This document shows, one piece after another, positions 12,822-24,660 of a DNA stretch of 43,690 nt. The stretch's first letter is position 1; every line of letters begins with the position of its first letter. A program made the translations under genes and the position numbers. Under the pieces are notes generated by a model. That model was not told where the DNA came from. It searched no databases and worked only from the letters and a program-made list of their open reading frames with translations. The DNA lies in contig NC_068981.1 in the NCBI RefSeq assembly GCF_001194135.2, forward strand, positions 109,032,833 through 109,076,522. The letters are read 5' to 3'. The DNA is from Octopus bimaculoides. Its lineage: Eukaryota.

Positions 12822-12892
12822 CAGACAGGCAGAGACAGAAGACAAACAAACAGGCAAACAGACAGAAAGAGACAATAGACAGATAGACAATG

Positions 12893-12968
<76 letters not shown>
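12734..12968. repeat. Compound (GACA)n/(GATA)n microsatellite
   Basis: Directly visible. Confidence 0.97.
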
Positions 12969-12969
<1 letters not shown>

Positions 12970-13297
12970 TGCATATATGTATATATATTGAGTGTATACA
13001 TATATTTTATAGACATTCTCGGTATTTTGGTATGTTTGTATATTTTCCTCAAAATTAAACATAAATAGATATCCATACATTACGTTTATATTTGCACAGA
13101 ATATATAAACTGTGTGCATACTACTTAAAGTTCGTTACTGTACAAAATATCCGAGAATGACGGCTGGCACACATAAATAAATAACGTTTATGAAAGAAGA
13201 AGAATTTACTGGTCAATATCAAATATCATGTAAAGTCATACATCTGCCGTTAAGCATGGAAATATATTACATTTTATGTGACTTCACACACACAAAC

Positions 13298-13380
<83 letters not shown>

Positions 13381-13829
13381 TACAAACACTTACATGTACG
13401 TGCATATATACACATAAACACACGCAATACAAATAAATACATATAGATAATATTGTGTGTGTTCCAATTACTATTTGATTGTTTTCATACTAACTACCAG
13501 TTCGGTTAGAACATTTATTTCTCTTTTGAAAGCTCGGGCAACATATCACCCAAGGGCAACAAGAAATTAGTATAGAATTTCTGCTTCATACTAGTAGTTA
13601 TTATAGAGTATATGCCAAGGTTGATCAGCAGTTAAAAGGAATCATCTTGTATATTATTTCTATCTTCCACGTGTATTATATTATTTTCCTTTCATTTCTT
13701 CATTTCTCAAATCCCACAAGTTCTAATCTTAAGTTGATGATAAATATGATACAATACCAATATTTAACTGATACGTCTATTTTACTTGCAGATACATCAT
13801 GAGTGTCGCCTTCTTCTCCTTATCCCTAA

Positions 13830-14319
13830 AAACATGCTTTGACAACTATTAGCCTTGATTTATCTATCCGTGTGTATTGGCATATCCCAGAGTAAGATTG
13901 CTTTCTCATTTTCTGAGACCTTTTCTGTGGTATGCCTATACCATCTTTTTTCTGTTGTCATTTCATAGTATTGGCATAGCTTCCAATGTATATAACTCCC
14001 AACTCTATCATGTCTGTGAATATATTCTTTCTTAGCTAGAACTGGGCAGCCAGAGACAATATGATTTATTGTTTCTTCTCCATTACCACATATTCTGCAG
14101 TTACTTGTTGTGTTGTTTTTGGTGATTCCTGGTGAGAAGGCTTTGATCTTGTGCAGCAATTAAAAATCCTTCAGTCTCTGCTTTGAGTCCTGAGCTTCTC
14201 AACTATTGATAGGATTTTGCTTTGTATATTTCTCTTCTGTTTGGCTTGACCCAATATTTGCCATGTAGGAGCTTTTCTTGCCATCGTTTTATCATGATAC
14301 GCTGTTGCTCCAGCTTCAC
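13830..14319 (-). mobile_element. R4/Dong LINE internal fragment (CCHC to start of RLE), subfamily F
   Basis: RWQEKLLHGKYW...LRSSGLKAETEG...NCRICGNGEETINHIVSGCPVLAKKEYIHRHDRVG...LLWDMPIHTDR. The 5' end abuts (AAT)n/(AGT)n. Confidence 0.9.
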
Positions 14320-14340
14320 TATTATTATTATTATTATTAT

Positions 14341-14395
<55 letters not shown>

Positions 14396-14952
14396 GAGTG
14401 AGAGAGCAATGCATGCCATGAAAGTGACACTGGGGTAAAATATACGAAGCCCAGTATACCCACCATGACTACCCCTTCTGATAAGGGTACACCAGGCACA
14501 TGCATCACAACCACATGTGCGCGACATAGTGATCTCATATCAAGATAAACAGCTCATGACCTCGCAGGTGGGGCCCAGTTAGAATTTTCTTCAGGTCGAG
14601 TAGCCCATCCCGCTCAAAAGGTCCCTGAATAAGGTTTGTTTAAGGATGCTGAGCAAAACACCCATGTTTCCAAAGGTGAATTATTCAAACCCCAAAGAAT
14701 TCCTCTCAACACATGGCTATGATGCTCCTCCACTACTTCTGCTCATGATCAGAGATGCACATATCGTCAGCCACCAAGGGACATGCTCAACTGGTTAAGG
14801 TCAAACAACTGACAAGCAAATCTGTGGTATTAAGCAGAATATTTGCTGTAGCCCATCTTTTATACCAAGACAAAACAATGTATATAATAACACTTCCAGT
14901 CAATTAAGATGAGAAACCATGAGAGCCACTGTCTGGTACTGCATCCGGGCAT
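14396..14952 (-). mobile_element. 550-bp element copy 3 (complete)
   Basis: Reverse complement of copy 1; flanked by (ACT)n/(ATT)n at 14320-14395 and (ATT)/(AGT)n at 14953-15046. Confidence 0.88.
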
Positions 14953-14976
14953 GTTATTATGTATTATTATTAATAT

Positions 14977-15047
<71 letters not shown>

Positions 15048-15075
15048 CATTATCATCACCATCATTATCATTATT

Positions 15076-18000
15076 CATATACGCACATAAGATTAGGTTG
15101 TGAGAAAAGAAAAATTCCTAACAAATGGCTACAACAAGTAACCTAAAATTTCAAAACCCCTCCTAAGTATCCTAGCTGTCCCTAATAACACTATTTTCTG
15201 CAGATGTACTAAAGTGAGTTTTATGCCTATTTTCTCTGTCCATCTGTTCAAATCTTTAGGGATAGTTCCTAATGCACCTATAACTACTGGGATACATTTT
15301 ACCCGCAATTTCTATTGCCTCTGTAATTCAATGGCTAGGTCTTGGTACTGGGCTATTTTTCTATACCCCTCGAATTGACTTTTTTACCATAGACTGTAAA
15401 ATCAATTATCTGGCACTTTCTATTGTCTTTATCTACTACTAGTAAATCCGGCCTTCTAGCTTCTATCACTCAGTTAATCTGAATGTTAAAGTCCCACAAC
15501 ATCTTATGTTTCTTATTTTCTAGTATTTTGCTAGGTTCATGTTCAAACCATTTATCAGTATGTTCAAATCCTAGCTTTCTACATAATTCCCAGTGGATTA
15601 CTTTTCCTAGGTTGTCATGTCTTTTCTTGTATTCTTTCTGTGCTAGCATGCTACATTCACTTACTAAATGAGTAACACGTCCCTCTTTTGATTTGCATAA
15701 CCTACATTGGGAATCTACTTGGTTTTTGTCGGTCTTGGCTTTTATCCAATTAGTTCTCAATGCTTGATCTTATACTGCTACTTACAAACTTTCTGTCTCC
15801 CTTTTCAGCCTTTCTTTCTGCAACCATAACCATGTCTCACTACTACTATTTGCTGCAACTATCTTTGAGAATCTGCCATGCAAAGCCTTCTCCTGCCAGT
15901 CAGATAATTTTTGTTCTTTTTTCTGATTTTGAACTTCGTTTGGGTTTTTGGTTTCTCTGTGCCTTGCTGTGACTCTAGCAGCTTTTAATAAACTTTCTTC
16001 ACTATTACCTACATAGGAATCTATACCTACTCTAGCTAACTCCATGCAGTATTCTATTGATATTAACTCTCTTCCCCTTCCTTTCTAGGTAAGTATAATC
16101 TTTCCACTTCTGCCCTTGGGTGGAGTCCTTCCAAGTTCTGTCTCTGTCTAGCTTTGCTAATTCGGTTTTTGTCCAATCTACAAAAGCTGCCGAGTATCTA
16201 AGTAATGATATTGTCCAAGTATTTACAGCCTTCACTAGATTTGGGCCTTTTAGCTTTGACTTCATTAGCTTCCTCACTCTTCTGATGTACTCCTCAATTT
16301 TCGTTTACGTTTCTGTAGTTAGTATTGTGTCAGATTCTAATACTTCTAGATATTTATAATTCTCTCCTTCTTTCAATGATTTTAATGTCTGGTAGTTGGA
16401 TGCCTCTACTGTTGACTACCTGTCCCCTTGTCATGACTAATATTGCACACTTATCTATGCCAAAATCCATGCTTGTATCTTTGCTGAAGAGTCTTACAGT
16501 CTGTATTAAGGAATCTATCTCCTTTTCATTCTTACTAAAAAGCCTCAGATTATCCATATAGAGCAAATGGTTCATTTTCCCCTTACTATTTCTGAACTGA
16601 CATCCTGCCTTTGCCTTCCTTAATACTAAACTGAGGGGAATCAAACAAAGGACAAATATTGAAGGGGACAACGAGTCCCCTTGGAAAATTCCTCCTTTGA
16701 CATTAACTTTCCCTAAGAGTGTGTCACCTGATCTACTTTCTATTTCTTCATGCTAAAGCTAATTAGTTCTCTTATGTCGTCTTCTATACTGAATATACTC
16801 AGACATTCACTTATCCATGAGTGTGAGATCATATCATAGGCTTTCTTATAATCTATCCATGCTATTGTTAGATTTTTCGTTCTAGATTTTACTTCATTTA
16901 TAACTCCTTTGCCTATATATAATAGATCATCGTTCCCCTAGCCTTCGTCTTGAAACCTTTCTGTTCCTCTGGCAGTAAATTCTGGTTGTCAAGGTGCTCG
17001 TAAATGTTTTCTGAAACAGTTAACAGTTTCCACACTAATGGTAAGCAAGTGATTGGTCTATAATTGCTAGCTACATTACCCTTGTTTTTTTTCCTTTCAT
17101 GAGGAGTTTTGTTCTCCTCTAGTCATCCAATCTGGTATAATTCCTCTGTTAAGGCAATATTGAAGTTTTTCCTTCAGCTTCCCATGTAAACTACTAAATT
17201 TCTTTAACCAGTACCCTTGAACTAAATCTGGTTCTGGACCCTTCCAATTCGGCATTTATCCTAACACTTTACTCATTAATGCCCTAGTTAGTTTTAGATC
17301 TGGCAGCTTCTCACTCACTACTTCTTCCCTCACTTTCTTCCCTCACTTTCTTTAACCGTACTGCATCCCCACTATGATTAACAGGCTTATCCCAAATATT
17401 CCAGAACTTTCTAGCTTCTGCACTGGGTTTCTCATCTTCAGTACTCTCTTCTTCACTATTTATTTGGATATAAAATTTCCTCTGGTCTGTCTCAAATGGT
17501 TTATTCTGTTGATACTGATCTATTCTTTTCTGGTATCTGGAAAGCTTACTTGCTACCGCTATGGTATGCTGTTTTAACTCTTCTATGACTGTCCCAAATC
17601 CTTTCTCTTTGATGTAGTATCTTTTTCTCAAGAGAAGGTTTAAATCTTGTGTTTCTTAACTTGCTCAGTTTCCAGACTTCTATTCTATTCGGATCTTGTC
17701 TGAAAGTCTTCACTTTAATTTGTAGTCTCTTTTACCACATTTACTCTTTTCTAATCTTTCCTTGTGGAATATCTAATCTTCTAGTAACAACTACCCCTCC
17801 TGCATAGATCAATAAGTTAGTGTCGCCTGTATTTTTGGTACCTATCCTACTGATAGCAGTATTTACTTTCCTGGTCATATCTAGTAGCTTCCTTCTGTCG
17901 GTACCTTTTAATGCTGACAATCTTTTCTTGCTTCTTTACTCAATATTTCCCGCAACTCATCTAAAATCTTCTGATCTTCCTCGCTTAAATCACTTAAGTT

Positions 18001-18585
18001 GCTGGTGCTAGTTGTCCCTTCCTTAAAGGTAGTGCTATTGTTATTTTTTTCTTTTAGGTTCTTCTTTGGATTGGATTGTATCTCTTATGTTGTTGTCTGT
18101 CTTTCCTACTGCCTGGTCTTTCTTTTCCAGTTCTCTTGTGACCTCTTCCACCTCCAATACTGTCATCCACTTTCTTTTCCTAATAGCATTACCTTGATCT
18201 ACTAGAATCTGCTCAGTCACTTTAAACATACCCTTCTCTACCCAAAATGTTAACATCCGTTTTCTATTACCCCATCTTTTAGGTTCACTTTTTTAAGTAG
18301 CACTGCATCACTCACTATCCTTTTTTATTCGCTGGTCCACTTCCTCCTCCTTACTCTATTATCTGCTGATGCTGTCTTAGAATAACAGCTGTGATCAGTT
18401 TGCATCTTTACTGATCCACTGCCGAGCGAGATAGTTTCAAGTAACTTTCTATTGCATCACTTGCATCCCTTAAAGGTCCAACCTCATTTTCGTTGTTACA
18501 ACCAGCGTTTCTACGCAAACACTTGTCTCTCATAAATTGAGATAAGATGACGTTTGTCACCATCGTCATTGCCTCTATTATTATT
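15076..18585 (-). mobile_element. Near-full-length R4/Dong LINE, subfamily C, inactivated by stops and frameshifts
   Basis: N-terminal RRRKWTS...RKRMLTFWVEKGMFKVTEQILVDQGNAIRKRKW; RT FQGDSLSP and LLYMDNL; CRLCKSKEGRVTHLVSEC...RHD; MLWDFNIQ..PDLLVVDK; 3' UTR ending gtgcgtatatga|ataat. Confidence 0.93.
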
Positions 18586-18713
18586 CGACATCTAATAGTT
18601 TCAAGTAACTTTCTATTGCATCACTTGCTGCACTTTTGTACCTCACCAGTGAAAATGCTATACAGTATTCCCCAAAGGGGAATATTATATAACATCAGTA
18701 TGATTTGTTGTTG

Positions 18714-18774
<61 letters not shown>

Positions 18775-18849
18775 CCGTATGTTTGATGCAATCACATGCT
18801 GGGACAGAGCCAGTGCCCTACGCCTACTCCTCTAGCAAGTTAATCGAGA

Positions 18850-19290
18850 ACTGATACATCCACCTGCAGAGATTCAGTCTCTTTTTGTATCTTTACTTTC
18901 TACTTCGGAGGTTTATTGACATATCTGGTGTTTTTCTTTGTAACCTTAATAGCTAGTTGAGCAGTTACTACTTTAACAGTGGAATAGATAAGATTATTTA
19001 AGGTTGCCAGATCATTTCCCTCATTTCTTATGATCTGTCTTAGAGCAACGTTATAGATCATGACTTTGCTGTTATTCTTTGTGCCGTTAGTAAACTTTGG
19101 TAGATGTTCTCGCATAATGTCTTCCTTTGCTTCTGTAATCTTTTCCTTATTATTCACCTCAAATTCTGTGTCATATCTATTTTTGTGCTCCCGAAATAGG
19201 TCTACGTTTTCCTCTTTTTCCCCATTTCTTTTCTTCTCTATTCTTTGTTCAGCTTCCCCGTTGTTCAGGTTATTGCAAAAGAAGTACTAA
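18850..19290 (-). mobile_element. N-terminal linker fragment of a different R4/Dong family
   Basis: REHLPKF...VALRQII...DLATLNNLIYSTVKVVTAQLAIK...KPPK matches the pre-RT region pattern of R4-clade ORFs; (TAT)n at 18714-18772 nearby. Confidence 0.6.
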
Positions 19291-19310
19291 ATTTTTTTTT
19301 CGTTTAGCCA

Positions 19311-19445
19311 GGCACTTATTTTGTCGGCCTCTTTTGCCGAACCGCTAGATCACGGGAACGTAAACACACCCACACCGGTTGTAAAGCGGTAGTGGGGGAC
19401 AAACATAGACACAAAGACACACACTCTCACACACACACACACACA

Positions 19446-19526
<81 letters not shown>

Positions 19527-19660
19527 CGAATTTCTTTCCAGTTTCCATCTACCAAATTCACTGAAAAGGTTTTGGTCGGCCCGGGACTATAGCAGAATAC
19601 ACTTGCTCAAGGTGCCACGCAGTGAGACTGAACCCAAAACCATATGGTTAGGAAGCAAGT
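19311..19660 (-). mobile_element. tRNA-derived SINE (family A) with internal (CA)n(TG)n
   Basis: Colinear with 34145-34740 (gccgaaccgcta..., tttccatctaccaaa..., aaggtgccacgcag..actgaacc). Confidence 0.88.
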
Positions 19661-20164
19661 ATGTATGTATCATGTCACGCTTAGACTCTTAGTATCTCTG
19701 GTAACATATAATCCAATACAACCTGATGCATGGTCGGGCCGTCGGCTACTAAGCCGCCAACCCTACCAAGTCAGCCTGGTAAGGAAGTTGGTTTTCGTCC
19801 AACATCCTGTAAAGTTATCGACCACCCCACAGCTAGGAGTGAGAGACTCCGAGAGTGAGAGACCACTGGGGGTGAAGAACCCCTAGTTCTCGTCAGAACG
19901 TTCTTCTAGGAGAAGGTAAACACGTGTGAAAAAAATATGAAGTGCAATTGGTTTCTGGTCGTCTCAACCTCTGTTATGCAACTGTCGTTTTATCTGATTG
20001 CACTGAAAAGTAGGTTCAGTGCTTTACCCACTCAAAACAAATGTAAGCGCAGGAACTTTTTGGAATCTTGAGTTAGGGACCAGTCTTACTCGGTCCCGAG
20101 TCGACTTTCAGATGTGTGTGTGTGTGTGTGTGTGTGTGAGCGCGTTTGTATGTTTGTGTGTAAA

Positions 20165-21963
20165 TACATACATACATCATCGTGGTTGTCTACTCCTTAT
20201 GCAAAGTTTGACCACCTTATCACTATCATGGCATCTGATGTGGGTTTTTAAACCAGACAATGTTCTGAAAAGACACCCGCATAGATTGTATCCCCGATTT
20301 GAACCACCAAGAGCTGCAGGTAAGTCCTGCTCTTTGTGGATCTTAAAATGTCTCTTGAGGTCTCCGTTGGATTTGCAAACCTTCTGGCATACACTGCATT
20401 CAAAGGTGTGCATAGACATACAGGCAGAATAGTTGGTGGAGGTTTGTTTTCCATGCGTTCGCAGATGAGATTTGAGGCCAGCAAAAGACAGGCATGGTCT
20501 GTCACAGACTGTGCACACAAAAAGGTCATTGTCATTCACCTTTTCGATCGTTACATTCTTCCTTAGATCTCTTTTGAGTCTTGTGTTATTCTGGCCTATT
20601 CAAATGATTTCACTCCACTCCACTCCACACCTTTGTTCGCCATCCAACTCGATCCGAAGCAAAGGTTTCTATATCTTCTGGAACCATTCCAAGTGACTTC
20701 ATAGTAGTCCTTATGCCGTCCTTAAACCTTTTTTTTTTTTTTAGGGTTACACCGAAGACATTTCTCCTCTGCAAGCTCACCATAAAACAGCTGTTTCGGC
20801 ATGCGTTCATCTGCCATTCGAACAATATAGCCACACCATCTCAATTGGTTCTTCAAAATCATAGCTTTAATTGAGGCGATGCCTGCAGATGCAAGGACAT
20901 CTGTGTTTGGAGTAAAAGAACTCCGTTTAATTTTTAAAATAAGATGAAGGTATTTTTGGTGGAATTGTTTTAACAATTTAAAATACCTTTCATAACAAGT
21001 CAAAGTTTCATTGGAATACAACACAGATGGTAAGACAAATGATTTGTAAGGAGCCAGCTTTGTATTCTTATTTATATGTCGCTGGCCCCAAACGCGTGAC
21101 TTCCAAGCCACCGAATGATTTTGCTACCCTTTAAATTCGCAGCTGTATTTCTGTATCAAAATTTCCATCATTTTGAACAGAGCTTCTAAGGTAGACGAAC
21201 GAATCGACAACCTCAAGTAACTTTCCCTTAACAAAAATTTTAGGGAGGTTACAAACAGTACCACATGCAGGTTGATGCATTACAACTGGTTTTTTTTGTT
21301 TTGTTTTGTTTTTTTGCAAGTTGATGGTCAAGCCAAAATCATCACACGCCGAGTCAAATGCAGATACAAGAGATTGCAGATCTGTTTCAGAATGACTGAC
21401 AAGATGGCAATCGTCAGCGTACAAAAGTTCCCAAATGAGAGAAATAAAAACCTTCGTTTTGAATTTCAGTCTGGTCAGATTAAAAACATTCCCTGTTGTT
21501 CGATATAATTTTATGTAAATACTCTCCTCAGAGTTATGAAAAGCATGTGACAACACAACAACAAAGTATATTGCAAAGAGGGTTGGTGCAGCAAGGTCTC
21601 TTCGCTTTACTCTATTTTCCACAGCGAAAGATTCATGGAACCTACCACCAAAATTAACTCTAGCTTTCATATCTTGATGCAAAGCCCTGATCAAGTTTAC
21701 AATTTTTTTCTGGGCAACCTATTTTCCTTAGAATTAGCCGCAGAGCATTTCGATTAACGGTATCGAATGCTTTTCTCAAATCAACAAAGCAATGGTATAG
21801 AGTAAGATTCTGTTCAATGCACTTTTCTTCTAATTGTCTGACAGTAAAGATACAATCAGCTGTGCTCCTGGAGGAACGAAAACCACACTGAGACTCAGAC
21901 ACTATATTTGGAACTATAAAGGTATTTACATGTTCTAACAAAATGCGGGTAAGTACCTTTACA
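20165..21963 (-). mobile_element. RTE-clade LINE 3' half: RT, C-terminal C2H2 fingers and (TGTA)n tail
   Basis: ESQCGFRSSRSTADCIF; CFVDLRKAFDTVNR; LLYADD; QLRWCGYIVRMADERMPKQLFYGEL; DRVGWR; CTVCDRPC...HLRTH, CSVCQKVC...HFKIH and a third degenerate finger. ORF ends at 20177. Confidence 0.93.
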
Positions 21964-22807
21964 NNNNNNNNNNNNNNNNNNNNNNNNNNNNNNNNNNNNN
22001 NNNNNNNNNNNNNNNNNNNNNNNNNNNNNNNNNNNNNNNNNNNNNNNNNNNNNNNNNNNNNNNNNNNNNNNNNNNNNNNNNNNNNNNNNNNNNNNNNNNN
22101 NNNNNNNNNNNNNNNNNNNNNNNNNNNNNNNNNNNNNNNNNNNNNNNNNNNNNNNNNNNNNNNNNNNNNNNNNNNNNNNNNNNNNNNNNNNNNNNNNNNN
22201 NNNNNNNNNNNNNNNNNNNNNNNNNNNNNNNNNNNNNNNNNNNNNNNNNNNNNNNNNNNNNNNNNNNNNNNNNNNNNNNNNNNNNNNNNNNNNNNNNNNN
22301 NNNNNNNNNNNNNNNNNNNNNNNNNNNNNNNNNNNNNNNNNNNNNNNNNNNNNNNNNNNNNNNNNNNNNNNNNNNNNNNNNNNNNNNNNNNNNNNNNNNN
22401 NNNNNNNNNNNNNNNNNNNNNNNNNNNNNNNNNNNNNNNNNNNNNNNNNNNNNNNNNNNNNNNNNNNNNNNNNNNNNNNNNNNNNNNNNNNNNNNNNNNN
22501 NNNNNNNNNNNNNNNNNNNNNNNNNNNNNNNNNNNNNNNNNNNNNNNNNNNNNNNNNNNNNNNNNNNNNNNNNNNNNNNNNNNNNNNNNNNNNNNNNNNN
22601 NNNNNNNNNNNNNNNNNNNNNNNNNNNNNNNNNNNNNNNNNNNNNNNNNNNNNNNNNNNNNNNNNNNNNNNNNNNNNNNNNNNNNNNNNNNNNNNNNNNN
22701 NNNNNNNNNNNNNNNNNNNNNNNNNNNNNNNNNNNNNNNNNNNNNNNNNNNNNNNNNNNNNNNNNNNNNNNNNNNNNNNNNNNNNNNNNNNNNNNNNNNN
22801 NNNNNNN

Positions 22808-22840
<33 letters not shown>

Positions 22841-23051
22841 ATATATATATTATTTTATATCTTTTACTTTTATTTTTCTTTATACAATATCATTTATATG
22901 TAATTCTTATTCACACATCGTACCTTTTTTTTATATGTATATTTTACTTTTATATACATATTCATATTTATTGCGTATCTTTTACTTTTTGATATTTATA
23001 TATAATTCTTATTTACATTTGCAAATCACATATCGTACCCTTTTTTTATAA

Positions 23052-24050
23052 TGAGCTACTCCGCGTCAGTCACCGGAGTGATATTTGATCACCTTATAGA
23101 GTGTTTGAGTGTCGGTTTGGTATCTGGAATAGGATAGCTTATTATGGACATACTATCTTTTGGAGAGGCCTACCTAAGGGTCAGCGTAGAGGATCTAGTG
23201 TTGGGTTTGCTCTCAAGAATACATTAGTGTCCTCCATTGCAGAGCTTCCAAGTGGTATATCTGAGCGGATCATGTCATGCCGTATCAAACTGACAAAAGG
23301 TAGGTTTATTACCGTTGTCAGTATTTATGCACCAACAATGTCCCATTCTGATGAAACGATAGGACAGTTTTATGATGATCTAGCACAATTATTGAGGAAA
23401 GTACCAATTTCTGACAAGCTGGTCATATTGGGAGATTTCAATACAAGAGTTGGAAAGGACTATGTTTCATGGCCTGTCGACATGGGATTGGAAAATGCAA
23501 TAAAAATGGAGTAGCTCTTTTCAAGTTTTGTACTGAGAATAATCTATTTGTCACCAACACTCTGTTTAAGCAGAAAAATAAATATAAAACCACCTGGATG
23601 CACCCAAGATCTAAGCACTGGCATCTCATAGATTATATTCTGATCAGAAAACGTGATATGAAAGACGTTTCTAGCGTTCGGGCCATGAGAGGAGCAGAGA
23701 GCTGGACTGACCATCATCTAGTGCGTGGAAAAATAGATTTTTCGATAATGTCTAAAAATCGACAGTATGGTCCTAAGGTACCCAAAAAGTTAAATGTTGC
23801 AAACTTTAAATTATCAAGCAACTTGCAAAGATTCCACGATGCTATAGAAAGTATCTATCTTGACCCAAACAATCTATGGGAAGATTTCAAAACAAAAGTA
23901 TTTCAGGCTGCAAGTTCGTCAGTGGGATTTAAATCACATAAGTCCAGTGACTGGTTCTCAGATAGATCAGTAGAAATTCATGATCTACTTTTAGAAAAGC
24001 AAAACTTAGGCAATACACTTCTTTCTCAGTCGTTGAACCCCAACTCAAAC
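23052..24050 (+). mobile_element. RTE-clade LINE 5' half: apurinic endonuclease (APE) domain
   Basis: SSVGFALKN; VVSIYAPT; LVILGDFNTRVG; KTTWMHPRSKHWHLIDYIL; ESWTDHHLV, all canonical RTE APE motifs. Confidence 0.93.
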
Positions 24051-24317
24051 ATACATACATACNNNNNNNNNNNNNNNNNNNNNNNNNNNNNNNNNNNNNN
24101 NNNNNNNNNNNNNNNNNNNNNNNNNNNNNNNNNNNNNNNNNNNNNNNNNNNNNNNNNNNNNNNNNNNNNNNNNNNNNNNNNNNNNNNNNNNNNNNNNNNN
24201 NNNNNNNNNNNNNNNNNNNNNNNNNNNNNNNNNNNNNNNNNNNNNNNNNNNNNNNNNNNNNNNNNNNNNNNNNNNNNNNNNNNNNNNNNNNNNNNNNNNN
24301 NNNNNNNNNNNNNNNNN

Positions 24318-24660
24318 GTAAAACGCATGTACGTGTATGTACATAAATTTATATGTACAACATGTATGTTTATATATATGTATTTATGTATATATATATT
24401 TATGTATGTATAAGTATGTATGTGTGTATGTGTGTTTGTGCATGTATGTGTGTGTTTGTGTGTGGTTGTGTGTGCATGTGTGCGCGCGTACGTGTAACTG
24501 TGTCTGGGTGTATAGATATCTGTATAGACATATATACGGAAGTACCGCTGTATATGGATGCGTTTGTGTGTGCTCTTGCTAATGTGTTCACATGTGTGTA
24601 TGTAAGTATGTATGTGCGTATGTATGTATGTATGTATGTATGTATGTATGTATGTATATT
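24318..24660. repeat. Degenerate (TG)/(TA)/(TATG)n low-complexity tract
   Basis: Directly visible. Confidence 0.9.

Noticed and set aside
20177-20539. Stand-alone host C2H2 zinc-finger gene
   Set aside because: It is contiguous and co-oriented with the RTE RT and ends at the LINE tail, so it is part of the retrotransposon.
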